A DNA stretch of 62,168 nucleotides, the filler included, from Basidiobolus ranarum (taxonomy: Eukaryota): NCBI GenBank assembly GCA_040143965.1. It is 13 parts of 13 records of this genome, joined end to end, with 100 filler letters (N's around TTAATTAATTAA, not from the genome) between each part and the next. Parts side by side here need not be neighbours in the genome. Positions count along the whole stretch, not along the records: positions 9,612 to 14,312 come from JASJQH010001858.1; positions 14,413 to 19,109 come from JASJQH010001859.1; positions 19,210 to 23,906 come from JASJQH010001860.1; positions 24,007 to 28,702 come from JASJQH010001861.1; 9 more parts are not named here. The stretch is one strand, 5' to 3'. Position numbers and translations under genes: made by a program. The notes below the pieces were generated by a model. That model ran no database searches and was not told the DNA's origin. It saw nothing but the letters and a program-made list of their open reading frames with translations. How positions within the stretch are numbered: the stretch's first letter is position 1; the number at the start of each line of letters is the position of its first letter. Below, one piece after another: positions 10,684 to 24,477 of this stretch.

Positions 10684-13600
10684 AGTATGCTATAATTTGC
10701 TGAAATGATTGGACTGCAACAAGACTAAGTAAAGCAGGTGCTAAGTATAACTCCAATCCTTTTGCAGCTAGACTTAAATGACATCCTGTAGTCTCAGGCT
10801 TAATATTTTTATATCAGCCATATTGCATGTAATACCTAAAGTTCAATTGTAAATTCTAGGCTAAAAACTGAAATTAGATATAAACATGCTTTTGATAGAG
10901 TTACTGAGTCCGGTAATGCATTAATATGCCTATATGTAGCTTGCCTTTTGTTGAACGCTTTGCATGATATCCAGAGTAAGCTGAGAATAGATGTTTGTGT
11001 GAGATGTTACTCTGCCTTGTATATTTGAGCCCCACCAATATATTAGCTCATTGGGCCAATGAAAGTAATATGAAGTGAGAACTTCAATTAGTCAAACATA
11101 TATCAGCTTTACAATATTGCTATAATCTTGGCTGTTCAATCATTTATAAAGATGCTTGTAGCTATATCCAAAGTGCATTAAAATAGGCCCTATAATGGAG
11201 AGATTCAAAGGCCTAGTCTATGCATGATAAAGTAACCAATTGTCATGCTTGTTAGCTGTTAATCATGATTATTATTGCTCAACAAATTTTGAGAGAGCTA
11301 TGAATCAAAGTAGTGCTTGAAGTATCTTGAGTGATAAGCTTTAGTGTTAAATGATATCTTGCCAAAATAGCTAAATTATGCTGTATTTACAAAGATTAAG
11401 TCCTCTAAGAAGGAATTTATATCAGGCCTCCTATATGTATGATTATTTTTAACATTTAGTACTGTACATTAGTGACCTGTGATAAGTTAGTGCATAGATT
11501 TTATGATAGGAATTTTCAGAGAGATTAGTAGTTAAATGGGTCATGATTAAACAGTATTTATAAGTAAACATGTCAACATGCACTAAAGAAATTAGCAATT
11601 GAGGACTATTATTACTTTAGTTGTAGAGATATTTGATAATCCAATTCATTTCAAATTCTGCAGAAAACTTGCAACAGCAAGCTGTTTGACTTGAATCTTA
11701 GAAATCATAATTTTGATGATAACACAAAAAAAGCAAAAATGGGGGCTATTTCAGAGCAAATCTTGAAGTACAATTTCCAGGTATAAATGAATTCAAATTT
11801 TGGCTCTGATGTCAATAACTGTTCGAAAATTTCCATATATTCTGAGTAAATGTAACAATATATAGCCAAGTGATTTTACACTAAATACTGTCCAATTACT
11901 TTATTGTTTTTCTATTGGAAATGCAACTTTGCTTCAGCCAGATATGATGAATTAGCCCATGGAATCCACAATAAAGAGTTGATCTTTTCTCTTGTAAATG
12001 TAGGAAAGGAAGATACTCTGTTTCTTGATTGAAACTTTACGTATCTCCTCTCGCACTTTACAAGTGTTTTAGAATCATAGTCTATAATAAGTTCTCTAAA
12101 TTTCTTATAATAATAGGTATTAATTTACTGGGTTATGTAAATACCAATATTCATGTTACCTTCTCGTTATACTAATAAAAATGAAATTTCCCAACCGATG
12201 GTGTTAGTAGAACGGATCAACATACTTTGCTCAATACCCTTACTTATCAAGCGACAGTATCTATTTGCATAATGGCGATGTTACCATTACAGCCATATCT
12301 GGTATGAGGTAACACTATTATTAGTGACACTTAATTTTCTTGTAAGGCCCTGTCTATTGAAATGTGGTAACCATTGTTTATTTCACTGCTTAGGGGACAG
12401 AACAGAATTCAATAATATCTTTTATTCAGCATTGTAAAGCATTACTAAGTATATCAGCTACTCAAGGAAATGATTTGCATTGAAAGAAAACTCGAATGTG
12501 ATACACTACTTTATTTGACATCTTTCTATGGTCAAACCGGAAGAAATCAATACAGTAATTCTATCTATGATATATATGATATAACTCCTGAAAAGTAGTA
12601 ACTTGATCACCATTTATGAACATAAGTATTATAAGGTAGTAGCAATCCAAAACTTGAATCACGAGTGTCGGATATTAATAATTGATGCCAATCTGTATGG
12701 TATTTCTGACCATGGTATTTTTCAACTTATGTTTTGCAAAGAAATAGACGACTGAATAACTAGAGCACGTAAAAAGGATTTTAGTGCATATCGTCATAGT
12801 TGACCAATGTCTTCTTACCACAATCACTTTAGGACCACGCCACTTTGTGCCAGGGAATGAATGTTTGTAGATACTTCCTGCTTAAACGGCATTTGGCCCC
12901 TAGAATTTGGGATTAATTAATCCCTTTATCAATAATATGGAATAGTGGTCCAAGCAGTAAGTAACTACTTTCTAATTTTACACTTTCATCATGCCAAGGA
13001 AGTTGGCAAAAAGGTTCAGAGTAATATTGATGGATTTGAAACTCTAACTTCCTGTGATTTATCCAGTATAAGTATTATGATCCATCCAAGAAATATCCAT
13101 TCATTAGTACATAACAAATGAATAAATGCTTGATTCTAATGTTTTAGCATCTTAGCTTTCAAAACCCACTCCATTGACCCCCCCCCAGATACGAAATACC
13201 CTTGAATATGTTGCGGAATGCCTTAAATAGGGAGGATTCCGAGAAAGGTGGTATAAGAGGTTTTTTTCGAATGAAAATCAAGTAGATGATTGGAATGAAA
13301 ATGATCGGATTTCTTGTAGCCCATGCTCCCTTAATATCAATTCTTTGGGCGCAGCTAAGGTTGGATCAAGGTGGTCATCCATTTACAAAGACGATCAATA
13401 TAGTTGGGGCCTTATTATTAATGAAACTTCAATCCTGGCTACTGATTGGTTAACTGTGGAAGTGTACGGATCACTCGAGTTAGCTGATGGTGGGGTAAAT
13501 TCTATAATACCTGGGAAAAGAATTTCTGGCAAAAAGCATACATGGCGCGTGTCAATTTAACATGCAGGACAAAGGGAATCTTTCAAATCGCGTGGTGGGG

Positions 13601-13943
13601 GAAAGAATTGGAAATGGTAGGTAAGAGACAGATGTCCCCATATCAGTACGAAGGATAGATATAGATCTTGGTGGAATCTACAAACTAATCCCAACTACAA
13701 ATCACTATAATGTACATAGTTGAAAGTCGTTGAATTTGCTTAAACTTCTGAGGCATGAATTTTACTTGTTTCGGTTCCAGTAACAGTTTAATGTGAGTAG
13801 CAATAAATAACAAGGAAAAAGGGTAATGGATACAATTAAGATGTTGGGTGTATTCTTAGACGGGTGAGGTGAATTAGTAGAATACTCGTACGAAAATTCG
13901 AATATTTAGTATCGCAAAGGGTGAGTAGAGGTTCATTTCCTAT

Positions 13944-14312
13944 TCAGTTACCACTCTTTTTCTCCTCTTCGTATTCAGCTAGCTGTGCAGGGGTAGGTTC
14001 ATACACCTGTTTCATTAGCAGGCCACGGTTGTCTTTATTATTCCCTTCTTTAAGATCTCTTCCATATGCAAACGGACATGCATGTTGGGTGGAGACACGT
14101 GGAGTATACCATCTGGTATTGTTGCGCTTGCCAAATACATCCAAAGAGGATCCAAAATCGATATATTGATTGGAGTATGGATTGGCAATATACATGTTAT
14201 AGATCAATGCTTCTGAGAGAGGGCCAGCAGATACCATGAATAATGTGTTATCGTGGAGGCGTGCCATGGATTGGATATAAGAACTCCGGGCACATCGAGC
14301 TTGAGGAATCTC
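13944..14312 (-). CDS. Hypothetical protein, C-terminal part; resembles GT-D fold/DUF1792-like proteins
   Basis: Frame is open from the contig edge (EIPQARCARSSYIQSMARL...). Motif LFMVSAGPLSEALIYNMYIANPYSNQYIDFGSSLD. Family call is from remembered motif similarity only. Confidence 0.6.
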   Translation of the reverse strand, partial: EIPQARCARSSYIQSMARLHDNTLFMVSAGPLSEALIYNMYIANPYSNQYIDFGSSLDVFGKRNNTRWYTPRVSTQHACPFAYGRDLKEGNNKDNRGLLMKQVYEPTPAQLAEYEEEKKSGN

Positions 14313-14412
14313 NNNNNNNNNNNNNNNNNNNNNNNNNNNNNNNNNNNNNNNNNNNNTTAATTAATTAANNNNNNNNNNNNNNNNNNNNNNNNNNNNNNNN
14401 NNNNNNNNNNNN
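14313..14412. other. Artificial contig spacer
   Basis: N44-TTAATTAATTAA-N44. Confidence 0.99.
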
Positions 14413-17400
14413 ACTAGAGATCATCAACTACTGAAGTAAATCCCTAACTAGATAATTCCTTATTTGGTGAAACGCAAAAGTTAGAGTAAACTGTTCATAT
14501 AAACCGAGATATGATACTTCAAGTTGATCTACGATGTAGTGAATATTGGATCGGCATCACCACCCAGGCTTAATATGGAAATATTTCGAATGATTGCATT
14601 TTAGCTCCTCAATATAATTTTGAATGTCCATACTACGCAGAAACTATGCATAATGGGCAAAGCCTTGAATAAGCCGCATTAACAGGGTAAAGTCTGCTAC
14701 CAGTAAGTGTTGAATGATTGTTGATGATTGCATAGCATGTACATGGAGTTGCTCGGAGTAGAAAATTTGTGTCTTATATCAATATATTCGTCAGAAATAA
14801 TCTACATACAAGCCACAGATCTAACGCCTAGTGGCTATTCACCTGTCAAGTATTATCTGTGGAATTTCACAGGCGTTGGCAAGTAATAATCTGCTAAAGA
14901 GCTCTACTGAAATGCTGGTGTTTTAAATATCGTTATCACAAATTTAACCATCATTCTGCGTGTAATAAACCAAGGTGCAATACTGGGAAACTCCGTATAG
15001 CATAAATGTAAATTTATTCATCACGGATGCGCAAGTTTTTGGACCTACATGTCAACATAGTACGTGATGCACGAAATCGAAACCATATATCTAGTGCCAA
15101 ACAAATACTTCTATAATGGCCAATTATTAACCCCTATTTTATTATCAGGAGAGATGAAAAGTAACAACATAGCTGTATTCAAGTAGTATTAATAATTTAT
15201 AAAATGTTTGGGCCATCCATACATATGTACATCTGATGCTGAATCTTGTAGATGGATATTCACTCGATACTCGAGTAACGATATACTTTGGCATCACCTC
15301 ATTGTTGCAGAACTTCCCAATAGTTCAACTGGATCTCCTGCTTCATTAGAGATAACTGGCCTAGTCATAGATAGAAAAGAAAACAAAAATTAAATGTAAA
15401 GGTGGTACCCGTATTATGGATTTTTTTGCTACTATACGCTTTGCCAACATTCCTTCAACCGGAAAAACAATTGCATTAGTCGGGTTCACAATTCTGCTTT
15501 ATATTTAGTATCAAAGAATGAACCGTCGGAATCAAAGTTGTAACTACAGCTACCTCCTGGACAATCAACGTGAGTAGGATAACTAGTGCTAAATCAATAA
15601 TTGTTTGCAGGCAAACTGTGTCATGTACATATCTGGCTAAAATCTTAATACTTTTTCTACTTGCAGAAATGTAATTGGTGAAGCATACGCTTCCCATCTA
15701 TACAACCTGATGCTCTTAATGGCTAAATCTCGGAGCTACTAGAGTTTACTAGTCAAATAGGCAATGTTTTAACAAAACTCATGTAGTCTATTTGCCACCA
15801 ACTACTGATTATTACGCTTCCCCAGTTTAATGCGGGTAACATACACATATGCAAAGATATCCATTTGTAGTTAAAGCAAGCATGCATGAGATTATCCTTG
15901 GTTTTGGTCTGATGACAATTGATTTGACTTTTTACTAGAGTTAATGTCACAATAGCAGGAAATCATTTCTCACTGTTGTTGCCAATAAACTTACAAGTTT
16001 GGTAAATTTAGAAGTCAGAGGATTAATACTCGGAGCAACCCTAGCGTCTAGACATATCATACTCTCTTTCCAGTCGTCTTTTAGTAGATGAATGCATAGA
16101 TCAAAATAGTGCTGAACCTGGATACAAATATAATAGACTTTGACACGCACATCCAAGTATCTCAGATTTATCTTAAATCCAATTTCCACACAGATTAGAA
16201 CCGCATTTCATCATGATACTGGAAACAGGAGGTTGCATGATCGCAAAAAAAAAGATCAACCGGAAGGCTAGTAAACAATATCGTATGACATATCTCTGAT
16301 CTTTTGTGAAGTCTATGCAAACGTATTGAGTAGAGGAATATATAGAATTGGAGATCACTTTTATACTAATATCTAATATATGCTGAAAGATTGAGGTAGC
16401 AATATTCTGAATGGAATCGAAAATAGGTACGTATTATCATTTACATACTTTCTTTCAAATCTGAGCTTAGATTTTAATGCTTACATCTTGACATTGGTGT
16501 AAATAGCAAAGAAACATGGTTGCTGGCAATCACTAACCGTGTACCAACTTCTCGATCATGTGTTTGATACTCACTGTATTGGTGGCATTGTGCACAATAT
16601 TCTCGTCAATTGCTGATTCAGTACAATTTAATGCTGAGGCCAATGGCGGCACCATATCTACCAGTATATCACTCATTCCTAGTTGTTGCAATGATATTAA
16701 AACACAGATCAAGGTTTGGAATGAGAATATCATGTTGCTATTTGCTTTGGGAGTGGGCATGAGCTTAATATAGCTCTGGTAACAAACACGAATATCATCA
16801 TTCCTTCAATCTCTGTGAAGGAATCAACGTTTGACTTGTTCCATTCGCTCAGAAGCTGCTGAAGCCTAGCTCAGCATATGGGGTAAGCATTGTTGAAGTT
16901 AACTGCGTTATAGCGAGCTAAATTGTGCCAACTTGTGCCACATAGCTTTTAGAATACATTATTCAATATCTAAAATAGAACTCAAACCAGTACTACTGAG
17001 AGAGAAAAACCCCTTCAGTTGCCATGCTATGAGTGTTTATTCCTTACTCTATGTCAGTTGCTATAATTGCAAGTTTTTCAATCAGATGTTACTGATTAAA
17101 GTGATATCCCAGCAGAAGTTTGAGAATGAGAAAGGTAATAAAACCATCACTTGTATCATTCATTTTGGTGATGCCATTTAAATACTATCATAAGGTCATC
17201 GAATTGGATTTGAACTTAATCCAAATTGTTACTTCGAGGATTGAAATTGAGCAGTTTTCCAAAGGGTGATCTGGTTTTGTTGGCCCATGCTATTGCTGGC
17301 TATTGCATTGGCTCGATGAAGACACTATTGCTTTGTTCCATCAGATAGTCCTGATATATCTGAAAAGATTGGTTTAGTAATAGGTGAAAGCCAGCTAATA

Positions 17401-18289
17401 ATACTATATATGGTACCATTGGAACTTCTATTTGTGCCAATCTGTTAGCAATATCTGTGACTCTGAAATCCAGAGTATCTACTCTTTCTGCTGTTATTCC
17501 CTTTTTAACAAGTCTTGCCCATACTGTTTCCTTAACTTGTGTTAAGGTATTTGATTTGATCTCATTATTTTGTTCCATCAGGGTTAAACGGAATAGAAGT
17601 TGCTCAAGTCTATAATCTTACTCCGCAATTGTTGAGTGCTTCGTCTTGAAATTTAACTGTAAACAGAGATGACGAGCATGCTATTTCACGGCAATGAGAA
17701 TCACTTGTTCTGGTAGGTATGGTATTTATCAAGTAACTGTGAGGTAAGAGGTTTGTCAACAGGCCAGATATTCAAAGTAATCGTTTGAACTTGGTGTATT
17801 GATCAAATTTGAGATATTAATAGATAAGGTCCTTTTTTTGAGAGATTCGCATACATATTTTTTAAACCCCGTCATTATTTATTTTAGGAGCAGTCCATAT
17901 CAAGGGGTTTGAATCTCACTTATGCTGCATGCTATATTGCTATACAGCCCACATGCTTTTTCGACAAGACAGTACGACAAGTTAACACGAAAGAACAAAG
18001 TTATAGCTATCCGTAGACATCGTTCTTTCACGCATTTGGTCAGAGTTAAAGCTCAGTCTGTTCTAAACGTTGGTATCGAGTTGAGGCAGTTGCCGATTCT
18101 TCACAACCTTTGGACTTGTTCCATTGTGCCAGGATTTATCGGACCTTGGATCAATATATTAGAGTAAATGTGATTGAAATTGATCATGCCAGAGGGTGAT
18201 GGATAGTGCCAAATTGTGCCGCATTAATTTTAGAATACTTTATCCAATATGATATATACAGCACAATCTGGCACTATCACCAAGAACAA

Positions 18290-19109
18290 GTCCAGAGGTT
18301 CTATTTCCTTATAGTCATGCATTATGTTTCTATTGTGACACATATGATCACTTGCACCAGAATCTAGAATCCATACATCAGCAGAGTCATTTCCTGATTT
18401 AGAGGTTGCCATAAGTACATAGTGTTCATTTCCTCTTTTAGTGGTGTTATATGCTTCCTTTTTCTTTGAAACCCATTTCTTCTTTGATCTGCAGTAATGT
18501 GCTATATGTCCCAGTTTTCCACATTTGTAACATTTCACAGTGCTCCTTTCTGGTTGGCTATTTTGAGAATAAAATGCTTGTGTAGTTTTTGTTTCATCTG
18601 CAAGCTGACTTTTGTCTTTCCTTTTAAATTCTTCTTGACATAGACAAGAGATCAGATAATGCTGAGTAAGCTTATCCCCAATTGCTTCCAAAGTGAGTAC
18701 AAGGGCTGAATATGATTCAGGGAGACCATTGATTATGGTAAGAATTATATCCATTTCAGGTACTTCATAATTCACTGATTCCAGTTGTTGGGCAAGTTTC
18801 TTGACACCATTTACATATGTCATAATATCTGAATCCTCAGACATACAAGAGTTTAAGAATTTTCTTCATAGCATCATCAAGTGAGCAAGCCCTTTTTGCT
18901 CATGATGTTCCACTAGGATTTCCCATGCATTCTTGGCAGAGTCAGCATCTCTGACTAGCATAAGTTGTTGTGATCCCAGTCTTAGACATATTTCCCTAAA
19001 TGCCAATCTGTCTTTTTCTTTGAAGGCTGCCCTGGCTTCTTTACATGTTGGCTTCTTTGTTTCAGTGTCAGAATCTGTACTTTCTTCTTCAGAAGTTTCT
19101 TCTTCTTCA
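18290..19109 (-). mobile_element. Copia gag-protease fragment
   Basis: Gag IINGLPESYSALV, zinc knuckle CYKCGKLGHIAHYC and protease WILDSGASDHMC. An in-frame TGA (likely from CGA) lies upstream of 18844. Confidence 0.93.
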
Positions 19110-19209
19110 NNNNNNNNNNNNNNNNNNNNNNNNNNNNNNNNNNNNNNNNNNNNTTAATTAATTAANNNNNNNNNNNNNNNNNNNNNNNNNNNNNNNNNNN
19201 NNNNNNNNN
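19110..19209. other. Artificial contig spacer
   Basis: N44-TTAATTAATTAA-N44. Confidence 0.99.
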
Positions 19210-19210
19210 G

Positions 19211-19537
19211 AGTAGCACCTTAATCCTTATCATCATCGCACTTGTACTTATCGTTCTGCTGATAGCGTTTGCTTATGGACGCAACGTGCGGAGCAAAAGA
19301 AAGAGCTCACAAGAGTTAAAGCGACGAGTGAAGCTTACGCTTAAAAACATCGCCACTGGAAGCCCTCCCTTGGAAGGATTACCTATGTACTCAGTCAACA
19401 GCTCTCAAACTGCACTCTCTCCTCCAATGATCGAGGTCATTACCAATCGAATGAAAGAGACTGAACTGGCTATAAGCTGGGCAGAGGATTCCGTATTGAT
19501 CACCCCACCACCTCCCAGCTACACAAGTCAGATATGA
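19211..19537 (+). CDS. Single-pass membrane protein with PY motifs, 5'-truncated
   Basis: Frame open from the contig edge: TM LILIIIALVLIVLLIAFAY, basic stretch, LPMY and PPPPSY. Similar to 20081-20575. Confidence 0.75.
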   Translation, partial: SSTLILIIIALVLIVLLIAFAYGRNVRSKRKSSQELKRRVKLTLKNIATGSPPLEGLPMYSVNSSQTALSPPMIEVITNRMKETELAISWAEDSVLITPPPPSYTSQI

Positions 19538-20080
19538 GCCTATCTCACTTTGGGAAACCTCCCAACTTCCCAGTATATTAAGAGGCTGATGAATGACTCA
19601 CCCGACGTATAGAAAATCTTGTATAGTTCGAATGAAATGCTAAAAGTACAAATACACGAGTTTTGTTCATAGGACGATCCTATCTCTCCAACACCTAATT
19701 ATACATAAGCATCCCCTACCCCACTTATAAATAAATTTGGCAGTCTACCGGACAAACTGGGTGAAATACATATTTGGTGTAACACTATTAGATCCATCCT
19801 ATGCAGGGATAAATCTCCATCAGATTCAAACTCAATTGTAATTACCGGGTGATATCCAGTGTGCAATATACATATATAGACTCGGTCTCAAGTGTTCGAT
19901 AAGCGATTGACTGATCGTCGCGGCGCAGTAGGTGAGTGATATTATCCAAATCCTCATAAATCTCATGGTTAAGATTGGAATATTTATTTATCAATTAATA
20001 TGGAATCTACGCTGGAAATTATACATGCTGAGGCTAAATTCATGAATCCTATATAGACAGTGAAACGTATTCTGTACGCT

Positions 20081-20575
20081 TTAAAGCGGAGAGTAGATAG
20101 GCAAGGGTGATGCACAATGGGTCTGCAGGTTACTATCTCTGCATACATTTGTATGGCTAGTCACTGATTCCAGTTGGTATTCATTAGAGTGAGAAGTTAA
20201 GGCTTCTACTGTAGATATTGGAAGTATAAGTTGCGAGCCGTTGATGGCGTACTTAGGAAGTGAATCTTGGGAGGTGTCAACAGCAGAAGAACCATTCGGT
20301 ATTTGGTTACGCCTGGCCAATTGAACTCGTCGTCTTAATTCTCGAGTTGCTTGGTAGAATATAAGCTTTTTTACACCATAGATAATCAATAGTAATACTA
20401 CTACTGCTCCTAGAATATAGCCTACAACAATGGCAGAAGAGATTCTAGATTTATTACCACCAGTTGAAGAATCTGAGTCAGCAGTAGGTTGAGGGAGAAT
20501 ATCAACGTAACCGATTGCATTTGACTCGTGGATTATAAAGATGAGCAAATAACTCAGAGTCAATAAAATAGCCAT
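20081..20575 (-). CDS. Type I single-pass membrane protein with PY-like motifs
   Basis: Signal peptide, short ectodomain, TM AIVVGYILGAVVVLLLIIYGV, ELRRRV, LPKY and LPIY. Confidence 0.8.
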   Translation of the reverse strand: MAILLTLSYLLIFIIHESNAIGYVDILPQPTADSDSSTGGNKSRISSAIVVGYILGAVVVLLLIIYGVKKLIFYQATRELRRRVQLARRNQIPNGSSAVDTSQDSLPKYAINGSQLILPISTVEALTSHSNEYQLESVTSHTNVCRDSNLQTHCASPLPIYSPL

Positions 20576-23500
20576 AACTTATAGAGATAAGATAGTGAAA
20601 TACACTGACCCTGCAAACACCCTCTATTTATTAGGTGGCGCGAAATGAGGGGCTCGTCAAGTCCAAGCATTTCTCATGGGAGAAGCAGTATTACTAATGG
20701 TAAGTAAACTCGCTGGAGGTTGACCAGTGTCAATATTCTTAGAGGATTATACACGATTACTCAATGCTTCAATGTGAGACACTGAATAGCTTTCCAAAAC
20801 TAGTTAGATATGTGTCGCTTGCGGAAGATTCTCGCATCTCAACTTTCAGATCTAACTGTGGAACAACTTAGTGGTAACAATTGAGCGATTGCATTCGATC
20901 AACGACTACGATTTCGATCAAGCACGTGGAGCCTATTATCATATGCATCTGGCTGACTTTCCTACTATTTGTAAGGAGAGATCAACAAGATAAGATACAC
21001 ATTCGATATAGATCTGAACAAGAACAAGTGGATACCATAAAGTTTCTGTTACTATGCACCATACATCATAAATCTTAAACAAGAAAGAGTCAGACATACA
21101 CATGACAACCTCCCTTAGTGTCTCCTTTCAGTTAGCAACATGTATCTCGTTTTCAACTGGAATCTCTGGCATAGTAGTGTCGTTTAACAAAGACTGGTTC
21201 GCAGGAATTCATATCTTACCAATCTTAGGGAGAAGCAAGTTCGAAAATGTTTAGTGTAATCACGTGAAGTGGTGCAAGAAAGCCTATCACTTCTTCCGAT
21301 TTATTGTTCATGATCAGTCATTATTTACGCGTTAAATCAAATCAGGTGTTTGCACTCGTAGGTGATAGTGTTGCAATGAGTACCATGGGCATGCGCTAGT
21401 AAGGAGCAAACTTTCATTCCTGGCTAAAAATAGAGCATCCGTTTGTTACCAAAAGTAGATCTCAGATAATCTATCTACATGGCCAACTAAAGGCATCAGT
21501 ATTATTATATCGAGTCTACTCCGCCAATAGAGTCTTCAGTATTGTAGGTCACTGCACTAGCATAGGTTCTCAGGTATAATGGTGCGGTTTTGGAACCCAT
21601 CGCAGTCTTCATGAAACAACTCCTGACTAGGCAAGATTAGATTAGTCTCTGTCCATGATTGTAGGGAATTCATCTAGCGATTCCGTAATATTGTTTCACA
21701 GCCTGAATGAACCAAATAACTAATCTTGGTTAATTTCAGAATTACTTCTTTATTACTTTGCTGCTGAGTAAGCTGTAGCACTGGAAGAGCTCATCAACTG
21801 TATTACAACACTCCACAATTGCTACTCTGGTTGGATTCGTCATATCATCATTTATGAGTCAATGGGGTCCATATTTTCCGTGGTCCAGTCTATGTATAGC
21901 AAACTTTGATTCAATAAATTGAAACTCTATTGAAAGCTGATTTAGGCTGATATGAGTTCACAGTGTACAGAGCAAAATGTTTCAAAATGTGGGGCACAAT
22001 ACATGGCTAGTAAACTCGGGCTCAAGATCCACCATTTCTCACTTAGTCAGATGCTGGAGATTAACTCATGATGTGTTATTTGGATCCAAAGTTGCGTTTT
22101 CCAATTTGCCCATCATTGCTACATAAGACAGTAATACTTTTCATACCGCAGTCAATCAATCAGCATGTAGTAATCCGTCACTTCTAACTCTGGTTGACAG
22201 ATTATCTGCTTATGAGTTTCTATGTTGTGGTACACGAGCAATGGTCGTAGGCATCAACGGTCCAGAGCTAGAATTTGAAATTAACCCGAAATGTCAATGA
22301 TGGCTCATAGTATTAGCAAGTGATTTGAGCTATACTGTCATTAACATTGCATTGTCACATACCCTCTCTTTGTCACAGTGACAATAAACTCCCATCCATA
22401 CATGAGGTAATAAAATGAGCTTGCCATGATATCGTGGTATTACGCTATTATCATTACAACGTTGTAGGTAACTGGAGTATTAGATGTAAAAATGGGAACC
22501 AACCAATGGCCTATTCTTGATGAAGTATTAGGATTAAGCTCCAAATTAATCATAGACCTTATTTATTATAGTTGGTGTTTTTTCAGTTAATATTTCGAAA
22601 TTCAAATTTATCACTTATTTTGTAGATATTTTACAAATATCCACATTGTTAAAAGATAATAGAAATTTCTAAGCTCACAGAAAGCTCCATTAATATTTAC
22701 CCTAATGCTTAGAGCACCCAAGAAGCATATTCCTGCTGCTATATTTCTTTTTTTATATATATATATAAGAATCTATTTTCAATTTAAGAAGCAAGTACAA
22801 TGGGCACATTTCCTCTAAATATCCAAGGTACCTCTATTCCATGCACTATACATACAACATTTTTACTCATGGCAGCTCCGTTTCTAGTTCTGGCTTTTCT
22901 TTTTTCATTACCCAAGATTATAGAGATCTCCTCAAGTTTTACATTGGTAATTCTCAGATTTACTATAGCTGCCTTTGCTTATGGTGAATAAGTTAGAAGC
23001 AAAAAAGCGTTGTATATATAGTCCCTATATGCTAATTTGAAAAATCTCTATACATAGTGAACTGTTGTATCTTATTACTAACACTTATCTCTTGTATCTA
23101 ATTATTTGCAAATTAATCTTTATTGAACATCTCACTTAGCTTTAGTTATGATGCATATATTAGGATCAGGAAGCAATGTATCTATAGCCCCTATATTCTA
23201 ATAGGGAGTCAATCTATATATATGTGTAATCAGCTTGTCTGAATACCCCTGTATATCCATTATATCTGAGCATGCAAACTCTTGAATATCTCAAGCAGTC
23301 AATCTAGGATCTGCTTTATAAGTTACCATATTTGCTTAAGAATAAAGTCACTAAAATACTATCATAAGTTGCCTTTTAATATACAAAATCAACCTCTATT
23401 ATGTCAAGATCCTTCAATATGGTTACAGCAATTCAATTTGAGTCTTCTTTGCATAATGTGATTTCTAATCCCTAACAGAAATTTGAGGCTTATTATTGTA

Positions 23501-23906
23501 GGAAAACTGTCACAATTTTAATCCATTTGGGAATGACCATGTACTTACCATCATAACATTGTCAAGTTAGATTTGATTTCAATCAATTTTTTCAGTTTCA
23601 GAAGTGAAACTTCAAGATCTTGCAAAATAGTTGCACATGATTGGCTACAATCTCAGAGAACTATGGATCAACACTTGTGCAAAAAACATAACTCAAAATT
23701 TACACAATTACCACTTGAATGCTAATTTGTGACCTTTGAAATCCCTAGTCTCTTTGATATATTCTCCTGAATATTGTTATAGAGTGCTTCATACTCAAGG
23801 TTTAGCTCATACCCAACACAAGTTTGTATCAATATCTCCATCAAAACCCACCATTGTATTAACATTGCTGAATCAACATTCTTCCAGCTATCTGGCAGAT
23901 ACCCTG

Positions 23907-24006
23907 NNNNNNNNNNNNNNNNNNNNNNNNNNNNNNNNNNNNNNNNNNNNTTAATTAATTAANNNNNNNNNNNNNNNNNNNNNNNNNNNNNNNNNNNNNN
24001 NNNNNN
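23907..24006. other. Artificial contig spacer
   Basis: N44-TTAATTAATTAA-N44. Confidence 0.99.
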
Positions 24007-24477
24007 AACAGAACGGGAGTTCTTAAGGGAACAAATTCCCCGTGACATAGGGAAATCAATTTATTGCATAAATCAATCATATACACCAAAAACCAAGAGG
24101 TCAACTAAAACCAGTAAAGAAACGAAACGAAATGCTAACGTATAAAAAGAAAAGTTATAATGAAGATAGGAAATGTGCGTAAAAATCCACTATCCGCAAC
24201 GTAGAAATGGTCCGTATCTCGGAATTACTCCATATCATAAATATACCGATTTCTCAAGGATGGAGGCGAATACATGGAAACATGAATATCATAATTGAGG
24301 ACTCACAATAGTATTAAGTTGCAGTAAACCTTGAAAATGAACCGGAGATTGGTCAAGACATGTTCTTCACTCTGCCATTGAAAAGCTGTACATCACATGC
24401 TCCCCTACATTGTTTAGCATTAGTCTGCTCGTTGTTTCACAGGACATATATATAACATTCTACAGAAAATGTTGTGT

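Noticed and set aside
12890..13620. 16-bp palindrome GGGATTAATTAATCCC and possible pseudogene
   Set aside because: Isolated palindrome; all frames are interrupted and no family is recognisable.
14413..18200. Several 60-90 aa ORFs, including 17300-17578
   Set aside because: No recognisable domains or coherent exon structure.
22500..23906. CpG-poor AT-rich tract with a weak internal duplication (about 23000-23230)
   Set aside because: Probably a decayed TE, but no diagnostic motif or terminus was found.
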